Positions 9,225 through 19,104 of a DNA stretch of 53,742 bases are shown piece after piece (positions within the stretch are counted from its first letter, which is position 1; the number at the start of each line of letters is the position of its first letter). Under the pieces are notes generated by a model. It saw only the letters and a program-made list of their open reading frames with translations, did not search any database and had not been told where the DNA came from. This DNA comes from Myxococcota bacterium (GTDB taxonomy: Bacteria; Myxococcota_A; UBA796). A program made the translations under genes and the position numbers. The stretch covers positions 1 through 53,742 of the forward strand of contig JBCBLB010000001.1 in NCBI GenBank assembly GCA_038520555.1, given 5' to 3'.

Positions 9225-10313
9225 ATGAAGCGACGAGACCTGCTCATCGGCGGCGCCGCGGCTGCATTGGTCGGGTGCGACGGGGGCTCCGGCGACGGCG
9301 GGCCCGCCGTCCAGACCCAACGAAAGATCCGATGGCGACTGGCCAGCTCCTTCCCCCGATCCCTCGACACGCTCTTCGGCGCCTCCGAGTACCTCGCCGA
9401 ACGCATCCGCGCCATGACCGACGGAAATTTCGACATCCGGCCGTACCCTGCTGGAGAGCTGGTCCCCGGACTTGAAGTCTTCGATGCCGTTCAACAGGGC
9501 ACCGTCCAGGTCGGCCAGACCGTCAGCTACTACTACACCGGCAAGAACCCCGCCCTCGCCTTCGACGCCTGTGTACCCTTCGGGATGACCGCACGGCAGA
9601 AGGGCGCATGGCTGCATGAAGGTGGTGGGTTGCCCCTGCTGCGCGAGCTGTTCGCCGACTTCAACATCATCAATTTCCCCGGCGGCAACACCGGCGTCCA
9701 GATGGGCGGGTGGTTCCGGAGCCCGCTCGCCTCGCTCGCCGACCTCAACGGATTGAAGATGCGCATCCCCGGTCTCGGTGGGGAAGTCATGGCCAGAATG
9801 GGCGTCAGCGTCCAGGTCATCGCTGGCGGTGAGATCTTCCCCGCCCTCGAACGCGGAACCATCGACGCCACCGAGTGGGTCGGCCCCTACGATGATGAGA
9901 AGCTCGGCTTCCACAAGGTCGCCCGGACCTACCACTACCCCGGCTGGTGGGAGCCCGGCCCCAACCTCTCTATCTACGCCAACAAAGAAGCCTTCGAGAA
10001 ACTGCCAGCCACCTATCAGGCCATCTTCCAGGCCGCCTGCCGCGAGACCGAGCTGCGCATGCTCGCCCAGTATGACACCCTCAACCCGCAGGCCCTCAAG
10101 CGGCTGAAGGCCCTCGACATCAATGTCGTACCGTTCCCCACAGACATTATGGAGAAAGCCGCCGCCGAGTCCCGCGCCCTGGTTGAACAGAACGCTTCGA
10201 AGGACCCAACATATCAGAAGATCTTCTCATCCTGGGACACAGCCCGCGCGGAGATGTTCTCCTGGTTCAGCGCAGGGGAACTCGAATACGCCCAGTTCGC
10301 CTTTCAGCGGTAA
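9225..10313 (+). CDS. TRAP transporter substrate-binding protein (DctP/FcbT1-like), Tat signal plus lipobox
   Basis: GGAGA SD precedes ATG 9225. The N-terminus MKRRDLLIGGAAAALVGC carries a twin-arginine motif and a lipobox. Family motifs present: GWFRSPL..LNGLKMRIPGLGG..GGEIFPALERGTIDATEW. Confidence 0.85.
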   Translation: MKRRDLLIGGAAAALVGCDGGSGDGGPAVQTQRKIRWRLASSFPRSLDTLFGASEYLAERIRAMTDGNFDIRPYPAGELVPGLEVFDAVQQGTVQVGQTVSYYYTGKNPALAFDACVPFGMTARQKGAWLHEGGGLPLLRELFADFNIINFPGGNTGVQMGGWFRSPLASLADLNGLKMRIPGLGGEVMARMGVSVQVIAGGEIFPALERGTIDATEWVGPYDDEKLGFHKVARTYHYPGWWEPGPNLSIYANKEAFEKLPATYQAIFQAACRETELRMLAQYDTLNPQALKRLKALDINVVPFPTDIMEKAAAESRALVEQNASKDPTYQKIFSSWDTARAEMFSWFSAGELEYAQFAFQR

Positions 10314-10320
10314 GGAGCCC

Positions 10321-11256
10321 TCAGATCAGGGCGCGCAGACGCTTGAGGGCAGACACCTCGATCTGGCGAACGCGCTCGCGCGAGATGCCGATCGACTCCC
10401 CGATCGAGGACATGCTCCGACTCTCGACGTTGCCCAGACCATAGTGGTGGGTCAGAATGTACTTTTCACGCTGGTCCAGGATCTTCTCGAACGCATGGCG
10501 CATATTGCCCAGGTCCTGGCTGAGGATGATCCGCGCGTCGGGCTCATGTTCGATCCCCTCAGCCTCAAGGTAGTCTTCGACCCGTGCGCCGTTGGCGTTC
10601 TCCTGCTCCATGCTGACCACGCCACCCTGGCTCAGCAACATCCGGGCACGTCGGACGTCCATCCCCACCTCAGCGGCGAGATCCTCAACGTCCACCCGCG
10701 CGCCCATCTGCTCATAGCGGGCGCGGACCTTACGCAAGTTGCGGAGCTGCTCAACTGCGCCGCCCGGAAGACGGACCGTACGGCCCGTGTTCTCCAACGC
10801 CCGCGTCATATGCGCCCGGACCCACCAGCGCGCATAGGTCGAAAACCGGATGCCCCGCTCCGGATCGAACCGGCGAGCCGCAGAGAGAAGGCCGATATAG
10901 CCGTGCTGACGAAGATCTTCGACGTCCATTAGCGCACAGGCCAGCTTGCGCGCTTCCGAGCGAGAGACGTGCTGCGCGCTCATCGCCAACGACCAGCGGA
11001 GCTGATCCGCCTTGTGCAGCTCGCGACGCGCCGTCATCGCTACACCCCGAAGCTCAGGCCGATCCTGGCAGAGCTCTTCGCACAGGGTGACCGCTTCTTC
11101 CAACCGCTCCAGCGCACGCGCCCGGGTCCGCTCTTTTTGAGACGCGTTCTGCGCCAACGCGGCACAGGCCCCTGGAATGTCCTGAATCGCTTTCTCTGCA
11201 GCTTGTTCAGCCGCGATGATCTCACGCGCAATCGTGCGCTCTTCATCTGCCGTCAT
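10321..11256 (-). CDS. Sigma-70-family RNA polymerase sigma factor (regions 2, 3 and 4 present)
   Basis: Region 2 is GYIGLLSAARRFDPERGIRFSTYARWWVRAHM. Region 4 is SMSSIGESIGISRERVRQIEVSALKRLR. ATG 11256 has GAGGTGA just upstream; the track start at 11259 is a TTG. Confidence 0.88.
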   Translation of the reverse strand: MTADEERTIAREIIAAEQAAEKAIQDIPGACAALAQNASQKERTRARALERLEEAVTLCEELCQDRPELRGVAMTARRELHKADQLRWSLAMSAQHVSRSEARKLACALMDVEDLRQHGYIGLLSAARRFDPERGIRFSTYARWWVRAHMTRALENTGRTVRLPGGAVEQLRNLRKVRARYEQMGARVDVEDLAAEVGMDVRRARMLLSQGGVVSMEQENANGARVEDYLEAEGIEHEPDARIILSQDLGNMRHAFEKILDQREKYILTHHYGLGNVESRSMSSIGESIGISRERVRQIEVSALKRLRALI

Positions 11257-11299
11257 CAATCACCTCGAAGCGAGCGGTCGCAGTCCACTGTGTGCAAGC

Positions 11300-11565
11300 A
11301 GTGTACATAGTTTGCACATCTTGCACAACAAATTTCTGGGCTCTTCGAACCGAGACGCTGAACAGCACTGATTCTGATACATTTCAGGCCGCACATCTCG
11401 TGTTCACAGTTTGCATGGCGTCCCATGACACGCACAGTGTTTCGATACCCAACCGTGTACATATACGGCATAGTTTTGCATATACTTTATCAGCAAATGC
11501 AACTAAATGTCGCCGCCAAACCCCAGAACACCCCAAAATGCCGAGGGCATCGAATTTTGCATAAG
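11300..11565. promoter_or_regulatory. Low-GC spacer upstream of the sigma-factor gene carrying same-orientation TTTGCAYA repeats and a duplicated GTGTACATA
   Basis: TAGTTTGCACA is at 11308-11318, CAGTTTGCATG at 11407-11417, TAGTTTTGCATA at 11471-11482 and AATTTTGCATA at 11553-11563. GTGTACATA occurs at 11301-11309 and 11455-11463, each time followed by TAGTTT(T)GCA. Confidence 0.4.
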
Positions 11566-11593
11566 GTTATCGGACATTGAACCGGGTCTGGGC

Positions 11594-12919
11594 TCAGTCC
11601 GCCAACAACCCGGTCACCAGCTCCGGGAACAGACAGATCAACCCGATGCCCACGATCTGAATCAAGATAAACGGGATCGCTCCTCGATAGATCGCCGCGG
11701 TCGGCACGTCATCCGGCGTCACGCCCCGCAGGTAAAACAGTGAAAACCCAAACGGCGGCGTCAAGAATGACGTCTGCAGGTTCATCGCCACCATCACCCC
11801 GAACCACACCAGATCGATGCCCAGCAGCTTCGCCGCTGGGACCAGCAGCGGCAGGATGATGAAGGCGATCTCGAAGAAGTCGATGAAAAACCCCAACAAA
11901 AAGATCGTCAGGTTCGCCACCACCAGCAGGCCGATCTGACCGCCTGGCAGCCCGGTGAGCAAGTCCTCGATCCAAACGTCTCCATACAGACCCCGAAATA
12001 CCAGCGCAAACGCGGTCGATCCAATCAGCAGAAAGACGACCATGGTGGTCAACAAGGTGGTCTCTTCGAGGGCTCCCCTGAGGGTCTCCCGATCCAACCG
12101 TCCCCGAAGGGCGGCCAGGATGGTTGCCCCCACCGCGCCCAGGGCCCCGGCCTCGGTGGGTGTGGCCAGCCCGATAAAGATGCTTCCCAGGACAATGAGG
12201 ATCAGGGCGAGGGGTGGGAGCATGACCACCCCCACCCGGGCGAGCAATGCGCTGGCCGACAGGCTGCGCTCTTCCGGGGGGAGGGCCGGCGCCGCCTTCG
12301 GCGAGACGATGGCGATGATCACGACGTAGAGTGCATACATCCCCGCCAGCATCAGCCCGGGGATCAGCGCACCGACGAACAGGTCACCGACGCTGATGCC
12401 CATTTGATCGGCAAGAACGACGAGGACGACGCTGGGTGGAATGATCTGGCCCAGGGTGCCAGAGGCGGTGATCACGCCCGCCGCCAGGGTCTTGGAGTAC
12501 CCATACCGGAGCATCACAGGCATCGAGATCAGGCCCATGGCCACGACGCTCGCGCCGACCACCCCGGTCGCTGCTGCCAGCAACGCCCCGACGAACACGA
12601 CCGCCAGCGCCAGCCCCCCGCGCAGCCGCCCGAACAGCATCCCGATCGTGGTCAGCAGATCTTCGGCAAGCTTCGATTTCTCCAGCATCGTCCCCATGAA
12701 AATGAAGAACGGCACGGCGAGGAGGACATAGTTGCTCATCACTCCGAAGACCCGCTGGGGGAAGGCCTGCATCAGCGCCCAATCGAACATCCCGGTCTCG
12801 ACGCCGATGAACGCAAACAGCAGCGCGGTGCCACCCAACGAAAACGCCACTGGATAGCCGCTGAAGATCAGCCCGAAGGTGACCAGAAACATCAGCGGCG
12901 CGAGCCAATCCTCAAGCAT
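11594..12919 (-). CDS. TRAP transporter large permease (DctM/FcbT3-like)
   Basis: Polytopic membrane protein. ATG 12919 (MLEDWLAPLMF) is preceded by AGGAGGAGAGGG and overlaps the dctQ-like stop by 8 nt. The track start at 12940 is a GTG. Confidence 0.88.
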   Translation of the reverse strand: MLEDWLAPLMFLVTFGLIFSGYPVAFSLGGTALLFAFIGVETGMFDWALMQAFPQRVFGVMSNYVLLAVPFFIFMGTMLEKSKLAEDLLTTIGMLFGRLRGGLALAVVFVGALLAAATGVVGASVVAMGLISMPVMLRYGYSKTLAAGVITASGTLGQIIPPSVVLVVLADQMGISVGDLFVGALIPGLMLAGMYALYVVIIAIVSPKAAPALPPEERSLSASALLARVGVVMLPPLALILIVLGSIFIGLATPTEAGALGAVGATILAALRGRLDRETLRGALEETTLLTTMVVFLLIGSTAFALVFRGLYGDVWIEDLLTGLPGGQIGLLVVANLTIFLLGFFIDFFEIAFIILPLLVPAAKLLGIDLVWFGVMVAMNLQTSFLTPPFGFSLFYLRGVTPDDVPTAAIYRGAIPFILIQIVGIGLICLFPELVTGLLAD

Positions 12920-13439
12920 CCCTCTCCTCCTGCGCCCCACGGATCACCTCGATATACCCGACGATCTGGCGAAGTCCCTGGAGGATAAGCAGGACGAACG
13001 CGGCGGGAATGGCCGCCTTGATGGGATACCGGGGCAGCCCACCGGGATCGGGGGACATCTCCTGTTGAGCGAACGAGTTGGTCACATAGTCTACCGAGGC
13101 CCAGATCCCGAAGACACAGAACGGCAGCAGCAAGACCAACGCGCCGATGAGGTTGAGGATCGCCTGGCGCCGTTTGGACAGCCGCCCATAGAAGACATCG
13201 ACGCGGACGTGCCGATCGCGCTGGAGCGTCCAGGCGGCGCCGAGGAGGAACAGCAGGCTGAACAGGTACCACTGCCCCTCAGAGAGGGCGGTCGACAGCA
13301 GACTGGCGCCCAGGTATTTCCCGGCGTACCGGGCGATGGCGTTGATGGCGCCGAGGGCGACCATGAGCAGGCACAGCCAGCTGACCGCCTGCCCCAGGCG
13401 AGCGTTCATCGCGTCGATCAGGTTGAGCAGCGGGCGCAT
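12912..13439 (-). CDS. TRAP transporter small permease (DctQ/FcbT2-like)
   Basis: 175 aa with four hydrophobic helices. It lies immediately upstream of, and overlaps, the large-permease gene. ATG start at 13439. Confidence 0.82.
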   Translation of the reverse strand: MRPLLNLIDAMNARLGQAVSWLCLLMVALGAINAIARYAGKYLGASLLSTALSEGQWYLFSLLFLLGAAWTLQRDRHVRVDVFYGRLSKRRQAILNLIGALVLLLPFCVFGIWASVDYVTNSFAQQEMSPDPGGLPRYPIKAAIPAAFVLLILQGLRQIVGYIEVIRGAQEERDA

Positions 13440-13493
13440 CTCTCCTCACAGTCATGGCGCGCCATCATACCCGATGACGATACAATCCCTGAC

Positions 13494-14516
13494 ATGGGCG
13501 CCCTGATCATCGGAGACATCCACGGCTGCTATGACGAGCTGCGCGACTTGCTCGGCGCCGCCGGCTTGACGGACGATGACGAGATCATCGCCCTGGGGGA
13601 CATGATCGACCGGGGCCCGCAGAACGAAGCCGTCCTGCGCTTCTTCCGGGACCACCCCAACGCCCGAAGCATTCGGGGAAATCATGAACACAAACACGTC
13701 GCCATCCGCGATGATAAGACCCGCCCCGCCCTCTCCCAACAAATCACCCGGCGCGACATGGGCGGGCAGCTCCAGCCGTTCTTCCGATGGATGGCGGGGC
13801 TGCCCATCTCCCTCCAGCTCGACGACGCCCTCCTCACCCATGGCTTCTTCGAACCGGGCGTGTCCCTCGACAAGCAGCAGCCCGACGTGCTGATGGGGCT
13901 GCTGAACGGCGAGCGTCACCTGCAGACCGCGCGCAGCCGCCCCTGGTACGAAGACGTCGACCACGCCACCCCGATCATCGTCGGGCACCGGGACTACCAC
14001 CGAAACGGCCAACCCCTCGCGTATCGGGATCGGGTCTTCGGCCTGGACACCACCGTGTATGGCGGCGGACGGCTGACCGGGCTGCTCCTGCCCGCGTTCC
14101 GATTCGTCTCTGTCCCCGCCCGAGGAGATCACTGGACCCGCGCCCGCGAACAGAACGCAGACCTGCGCTATCGGCAGACCCCTCTCGACAAGCTCACCTG
14201 GGAGCGGGCCCGGATGGTGATGGCGGCCTATCGCCTTCATCCACCCCGATCCGTCTACCACCGACGACGACAGCAGCGACTGTCCGCCATGATGTTCGCC
14301 GCCGAGAAGACCCGGGACGCCCTGATGAGAGATCTTCGACAGACGCTGGAAGACCATCAGATGCTCTCTGCAGACGACTTCGCCGAGAAGTTCCACGATC
14401 ACCCCTACCAGAGCACATTGGCGCGGTGGCGACGATCCGGTGCCGTCGACAGCGCCGATCTGGAGCGATGCTTTCGGCGCCCTGCGGAGCTTCTACGCGC
14501 AGATTGCGCAGAGTAA
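13494..14516 (+). CDS. Metallophosphoesterase (PPP-family Ser/Thr phosphatase / ApaH-like) with a C-terminal extension
   Basis: ATG start at 13494. The canonical motifs GDIHGC, GDMIDRGP and GNHE are present. The long upstream part of track ORF 12879..14516 is antisense to the TRAP permease genes. Confidence 0.85.
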   Translation: MGALIIGDIHGCYDELRDLLGAAGLTDDDEIIALGDMIDRGPQNEAVLRFFRDHPNARSIRGNHEHKHVAIRDDKTRPALSQQITRRDMGGQLQPFFRWMAGLPISLQLDDALLTHGFFEPGVSLDKQQPDVLMGLLNGERHLQTARSRPWYEDVDHATPIIVGHRDYHRNGQPLAYRDRVFGLDTTVYGGGRLTGLLLPAFRFVSVPARGDHWTRAREQNADLRYRQTPLDKLTWERARMVMAAYRLHPPRSVYHRRRQQRLSAMMFAAEKTRDALMRDLRQTLEDHQMLSADDFAEKFHDHPYQSTLARWRRSGAVDSADLERCFRRPAELLRADCAE

Positions 14517-14587
14517 AGACACAAAATCGCTTGAGGACCCAACCCATCCGTCCGAACAGAACAAAACCCCCATGGAGATGTTCGGAA

Positions 14588-14788
14588 ATGAGTGAGCTGA
14601 GCCCCAGAGAGAGCGTCGTCCAACAAACCCTGAACCTTCTCGGCGCAGAATCCCCATGGCTACGTGAACAGGTCGAACAGATCGTCGATCGCCTGCCGCA
14701 CATCTTTCACTACGATACCGCGCTTCGGCCCGCGATGGTCCGCTACCACGTCCTCCGCAGCCTGGGCGCGCCGACCGATCTGCTCTAA
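14588..14788 (+). CDS. Small hypothetical protein (66 aa)
   Basis: ATG 14588 has GGAG ~11 nt upstream. Third codon positions are mostly G/C, as in neighbouring genes. No recognisable motif. Confidence 0.4.
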   Translation: MSELSPRESVVQQTLNLLGAESPWLREQVEQIVDRLPHIFHYDTALRPAMVRYHVLRSLGAPTDLL

Positions 14789-14897
14789 ACCTTCACAGAC
14801 GCTGTACCGCCATGAACGGTGGCCGCTGCTGCTCATCGTCGCCTCGAAATCGGCAGCCTGAGCTGCGCGTGATGCGAGCGGGCCGACAACAGCATGA

Positions 14898-14926
14898 TTG
14901 ACTCTTAATTTGGTTCCAATGCTAAT
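14898..14926 (+). promoter_or_regulatory. Candidate sigma-70-type promoter for the pentapeptide-repeat gene
   Basis: TTGACT (14898-14903), a 17-nt spacer, then GCTAAT (14921-14926). It lies in a local A/T-rich patch ~90 nt upstream of ATG 15018. Confidence 0.3.
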
Positions 14927-15017
14927 TTTCTCAAACGGTTTCTATCACAGTTCACCAGGATGATCTGTATCCAGTGGTTTCGGCTGTGCAGGCGATAGCC
15001 TGTGAACAGGAGACCGC

Positions 15018-16748
15018 ATGAATGAGCAAGAACTGTTCGATCGGGTGGCAGAGCTGCTCGCCCCCATCCGACAGGATCTGTTTACCAATCGCCTGACCCG
15101 CGATCCGGATCGTACCCGGCAGGGGGTGGAGCTGCTGCGCAGCCTGCCGCGCTCGGTGTGGCTGCGGCGGCTGCGACAAATCCCTCTGGAAGGTCTCGAT
15201 CTGTCCGGCGTCGATCTGTCCCAGGTGTGGCTGTCCCGATGCAAACTTCAGCTGTGCCGGCTGCGAAAAACACGCCTCAAAGATGCCGATCTGCGCGAAG
15301 CCAACCTCAGCGACACCGACCTTTCCAGCGCCGACCTGACCGGCGCCTGGGTCGCTGGCGCGGTGCTGAAGAACGCGAACCTGTCTGGCGTCGATCTCTG
15401 CGACGCCGACCTGCGCCGTACCGACCTGCGTGGGAGCGATCTGCGCGGCGCGACGCTGAACCGCACCCAATTCCAGGATGCCATCTGCGACGACAAGACC
15501 CAGTGGGATGCCGACGTCCCCGCCGGTGTGCGAAAGCTGGGCCCCAATATCGACGCTGCCGGCGCCGATCTGTCGGAACAGTGGATCACCAACACCGACC
15601 TCAGCGGCGCAGACCTGCGCGGCGCTTCTCTGCGACGGACGTCGCTGCGCAGCTGCCAGTTGGTCAATGTGAACCTCTCCGGCGCCGATCTGCGGGGCGC
15701 CGATCTACAGTTCGCCGATCTGAGCGGCGCGACGCTCACCGACGCGACGTTCGATGGCGCATTGCTGGGCCCCAGGACCCGCATCGACGGCTCACCGCCA
15801 GAGGGTGCGCTGCTGCTCGCGCCTGGGCTGTTCGCCCCCAACGCGGACTTTACCGGGCACATCCTCTTCCAGCTCGACCTGTCTGGGAGCTGGCTGCAGG
15901 GCGCTCGGTTCCACAAGACCATCCTCGGCCTGACCAACCTCTCTTTCAGCAACCTGCAGCAGGCGACCTTCACCGATGCTTCGATGAGCGGTGTCCTCCT
16001 CGCCGGAGCAGACCTCTCCGGCGCGGTCCTGACCGGCGCCCAGTTCAGCGTCGGCGTCCCGCTCTGGCAGAACAGCCAGGGCGTGACGCTGCGTGGCGCC
16101 CAGATCCCCGCGCTCGCCTGGTCCCGTCGCCGGATGAACGGCGCGGATCTGTCCGGAGCCATCGCACATCACATCAATCTGCGCGCCAGCGTATTGCGCA
16201 ACGCCCGGCTGGTGGGGGCGGACCTGACCGGCGCGGATCTGCGGTCTGCCGATCTGTGCGGCGCCGATCTACGCGATGCACGCATCACCCTGGAGCAGAT
16301 CGCCGACGCGCTGTGGGATAACACCACCCAGGCCCCCTTCCCGCTCCCGCCCCCAACACTGCGCCCCGGCATCGCGCGCCCGGGCGCACAAATCGACCGC
16401 CGGTGGTTGACCGATCTCGACCTCGATGGGGTCAAGATGCCCAACGCCCACTTCATCCGGTGCAAGCTGATGGGGGTCTCGTTGGAGGGCGCCAACCTCC
16501 AGGACGCTGTGTTCTTCAGCTGCGTCCTGAACCACACCACCTTCCGGAACGCCGACATGAAGAACGCACGATTCAGCGTCGCGAAGATGAAGGACGTCGA
16601 CCTGCGAGACGCCGATCTGCGTGGCATGACCTTCTCTCTGGATGGCGCGCCGGAACGAATCGACGTGCGCGGTGCAGACCTCCGCGGGACGATGATCCCA
16701 CAGCCCCTGGAGGACGCGCTCATTGCCGATCACACGACCCGGCGCTGA
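15018..16748 (+). CDS. Pentapeptide-repeat protein (576 aa)
   Basis: AGGAG precedes ATG 15018. There are long runs of A(D/N)LxG-type pentapeptides (ADLSGADLRGADLQFADLSGATLTDA) in several blocks. Confidence 0.9.
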   Translation: MNEQELFDRVAELLAPIRQDLFTNRLTRDPDRTRQGVELLRSLPRSVWLRRLRQIPLEGLDLSGVDLSQVWLSRCKLQLCRLRKTRLKDADLREANLSDTDLSSADLTGAWVAGAVLKNANLSGVDLCDADLRRTDLRGSDLRGATLNRTQFQDAICDDKTQWDADVPAGVRKLGPNIDAAGADLSEQWITNTDLSGADLRGASLRRTSLRSCQLVNVNLSGADLRGADLQFADLSGATLTDATFDGALLGPRTRIDGSPPEGALLLAPGLFAPNADFTGHILFQLDLSGSWLQGARFHKTILGLTNLSFSNLQQATFTDASMSGVLLAGADLSGAVLTGAQFSVGVPLWQNSQGVTLRGAQIPALAWSRRRMNGADLSGAIAHHINLRASVLRNARLVGADLTGADLRSADLCGADLRDARITLEQIADALWDNTTQAPFPLPPPTLRPGIARPGAQIDRRWLTDLDLDGVKMPNAHFIRCKLMGVSLEGANLQDAVFFSCVLNHTTFRNADMKNARFSVAKMKDVDLRDADLRGMTFSLDGAPERIDVRGADLRGTMIPQPLEDALIADHTTRR

Positions 16749-16762
16749 GCGCTCCTGGCGCC

Positions 16763-18487
16763 TCAGTCATCGGAGGTGGTGTAGTATTCGTACTCCGGGT
16801 GGTTGGACGGAATCCGCTTCCCCATGAGCTGCTCGATACGATCGATGTCGCCCATGACCGGGACCGTCGCAGTGTCCAGATGGATCTCAACAGGCTCGAA
16901 CCATGCGGTGGTCTTGGAGAGGTTGGGCAGCCGACGCCAGATCCGCTTCAGCGGCACCGTGGCGTAGCCGCGAATTCCGGGACGCACCGACGCCGACGCA
17001 TACAGCGAAGAGCCGACGAACGCATATCCATACCGCTGATAGGCCGCGGTCTGGGTCGCCCGGAACACGGTGGGGAGCGTGTCCTCATGGCGCGCCATCA
17101 CATAGCCGTCGTGGAGCGTCCCCGTCCCCTCCTCAAGCCGCGGCGACTGCTGCCCGCGGAGCTGCACCCGGCTGTCGATCCGATCACCGGAGAGCGCAAA
17201 ATTCAGCCGCAGGTCCACGCCCGCTTCGAGGACGCCAGCGCTCACCTGAAGCCCCGTCATCGAACCCGGCAGCTCCAGCGGATAGGAGACCGTCCGCCCG
17301 TCGAGCGGGCTGGTGAAGCTGGTGCCCTGGTTGACCAGATCCCAGACACAGTCTCCGCCCCGGCTGCGATCGTTGGCGTCGGGGCTCCGAATGTGCACCC
17401 AGGTCCGCTTGATCGCCCGAACCTTGGCGCCGAACCATGCCCGCAACACCATGGTGCCTTCATCTCCGCTCCAGCCCTCCAGCCCTGCGTTCTCATAGAA
17501 CGTGCTGCTCCCATCCACCGGCTCGATCGAGATCTCATGGTAGACGGACGCGTCTTCGTCACCGACGATCAGACGCGGAGACATCTCGACCGTCTGCTCA
17601 TATGGAAAACGGATGCCCAGCCGCGCCACGATCCCGAAGCTGATGCGCACGAATCCGTAGCGGAACCCCCAACGTTTCTCCTTCTCGATCGAGGCATCCT
17701 CGGCCCAGCCGAAGACCAGCGGGGTCCGCTGGAGGGTCGAGCCCAACGCATAGGAGATGGGCGGCTCCTCGACGAAGGGCTCGAAGGGGTAGCGGTCGTA
17801 GACGGCAGAGAACGTCTTCCAGGTGTCGAGCAACGTGTCGTCCGCGTCCACCAGGGTCTGGTCCGCCAGATAGACGACGGCGGTCGCCGAGACGGTGTGT
17901 TCCCCCACACCGCTGAACATGGCGGCGCACACCTCGGCCGGATCCCCGCTGGCCAGCGGGGCGGCCATGCCGGGCAGCGTGGAGAGGTACGCCCCAGGCT
18001 CGTCGATGACATCCTGGAGCATCGTTTGCTCGTTCTTGTCGAGGTCCTGGCAGTCCTTCGCATCCATCGGCGACCCCAGGCCATACTCTTTGCCCACGAA
18101 AGAGGCCAGCACGTCGGGATCCTTGACATCGATCCGAGTCACGAAGTGGAAGACCACGCGATCGTCATAGAGGTAGTACCGGTCCCGGGTCTGCACCGGC
18201 GACGCGAACGCCCCGGTCTTCTCGGCCGCGGCGAACACGTCCCGATCCGCCCCAGCCAGCTGATCCTCCAGCGCAGCCAGCATGATCAGCTGCTTGGATG
18301 TCTTGCCGTACGAGACCAGACCCGCCTTGAATTCTGCGATCGGGCCAGAGAGGACGTAGCCTTTCGTGATGTGATCGAGCGCTTCCGGATCTTCTCTGGC
18401 GACCCAGTCAAAGGAGATCTCATCCGCCGTCTTTGCGGCGACGGGCACGGAATTCATGAACAGAGACATGAGCACAGAGGGAAGCAT
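16763..18487 (-). CDS. Secreted hypothetical protein (574 aa), no recognised domain
   Basis: GAGGAG SD precedes ATG 18487. The N-terminus is hydrophobic (MLPSVLMSLFMNSVPVAA). The composition is aromatic-rich and beta-rich. The antisense 713-aa ORF is R/P/H-rich and rejected. Confidence 0.75.
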   Translation of the reverse strand: MLPSVLMSLFMNSVPVAAKTADEISFDWVAREDPEALDHITKGYVLSGPIAEFKAGLVSYGKTSKQLIMLAALEDQLAGADRDVFAAAEKTGAFASPVQTRDRYYLYDDRVVFHFVTRIDVKDPDVLASFVGKEYGLGSPMDAKDCQDLDKNEQTMLQDVIDEPGAYLSTLPGMAAPLASGDPAEVCAAMFSGVGEHTVSATAVVYLADQTLVDADDTLLDTWKTFSAVYDRYPFEPFVEEPPISYALGSTLQRTPLVFGWAEDASIEKEKRWGFRYGFVRISFGIVARLGIRFPYEQTVEMSPRLIVGDEDASVYHEISIEPVDGSSTFYENAGLEGWSGDEGTMVLRAWFGAKVRAIKRTWVHIRSPDANDRSRGGDCVWDLVNQGTSFTSPLDGRTVSYPLELPGSMTGLQVSAGVLEAGVDLRLNFALSGDRIDSRVQLRGQQSPRLEEGTGTLHDGYVMARHEDTLPTVFRATQTAAYQRYGYAFVGSSLYASASVRPGIRGYATVPLKRIWRRLPNLSKTTAWFEPVEIHLDTATVPVMGDIDRIEQLMGKRIPSNHPEYEYYTTSDD

Positions 18488-18552
18488 CAGCGGACTCCTC
18501 GATTCCCTCGAAGGTTCGGATCGTGGCTGCGAAGGCGTGCCTGACAGCGCCC

Positions 18553-19104
18553 TTACCGAAGCGCCATTCGTTCGATGACCGCGTCGGAGGGCAGGACGTC
18601 CATGCCCTGCGCCCGAAACCCGTCGTTGAGTTGGGCGCGGGTCATGGCGGGGCGTTCTGGCGCAGGCGCGTGGCCATCCGCGACCATCCTGACGGAAAAC
18701 CCGCGTCGGATCCCATCCAACGCCGTCTGCGCCACACAGGACCGGCTGTGCAGACCACAGATAATCAATTCGGAGATGTGGCGTTCTTTCAAGAGATGCG
18801 GGAGCGACGATTCATGGAAGGCGCTGGCCTTTCGCTTCTGAATCACTGGCTCTGTCGGAAGGGGCGCGAGATGCGGGTGGATCGCCCAGTGGGGCGTGTT
18901 TGGCTCGAAGGCGCCGCCCGGCTCACCGTTATCCTGAACGAAGATGACGGGGAGGTGTTGATGACGGGCCGCCGCGATCAACCGCTTGAGGGTGCTGAGG
19001 AATCGCTCCGGTGTTTCGATCGGTCGCCTGCGCACACCATCGAACGCGCCGAGTTGAACGTCAATCACCAAAAGCGCCGCATGTGCGGTCACTCCATCGT
19101 CCAC
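18553..19104 (-). CDS. Isochorismatase-family cysteine hydrolase
   Basis: Motifs ALLVIDVQ, VIFVQD, KRKASAFH and the catalytic-Cys context LIICGLHSRSCV are present. The start is GTG 19104 or the in-frame GTG 19092; the latter overlaps the upstream stop as GTGA. Confidence 0.85.
   Translation of the reverse strand: MDDGVTAHAALLVIDVQLGAFDGVRRRPIETPERFLSTLKRLIAAARHQHLPVIFVQDNGEPGGAFEPNTPHWAIHPHLAPLPTEPVIQKRKASAFHESSLPHLLKERHISELIICGLHSRSCVAQTALDGIRRGFSVRMVADGHAPAPERPAMTRAQLNDGFRAQGMDVLPSDAVIERMALR

Noticed and set aside
11300-11565. The TTGCA-containing motifs might have been sigma-54 -12 elements.
   Set aside because: No GG (-24) element lies at the required 10-nt spacing upstream of any copy, on either strand.
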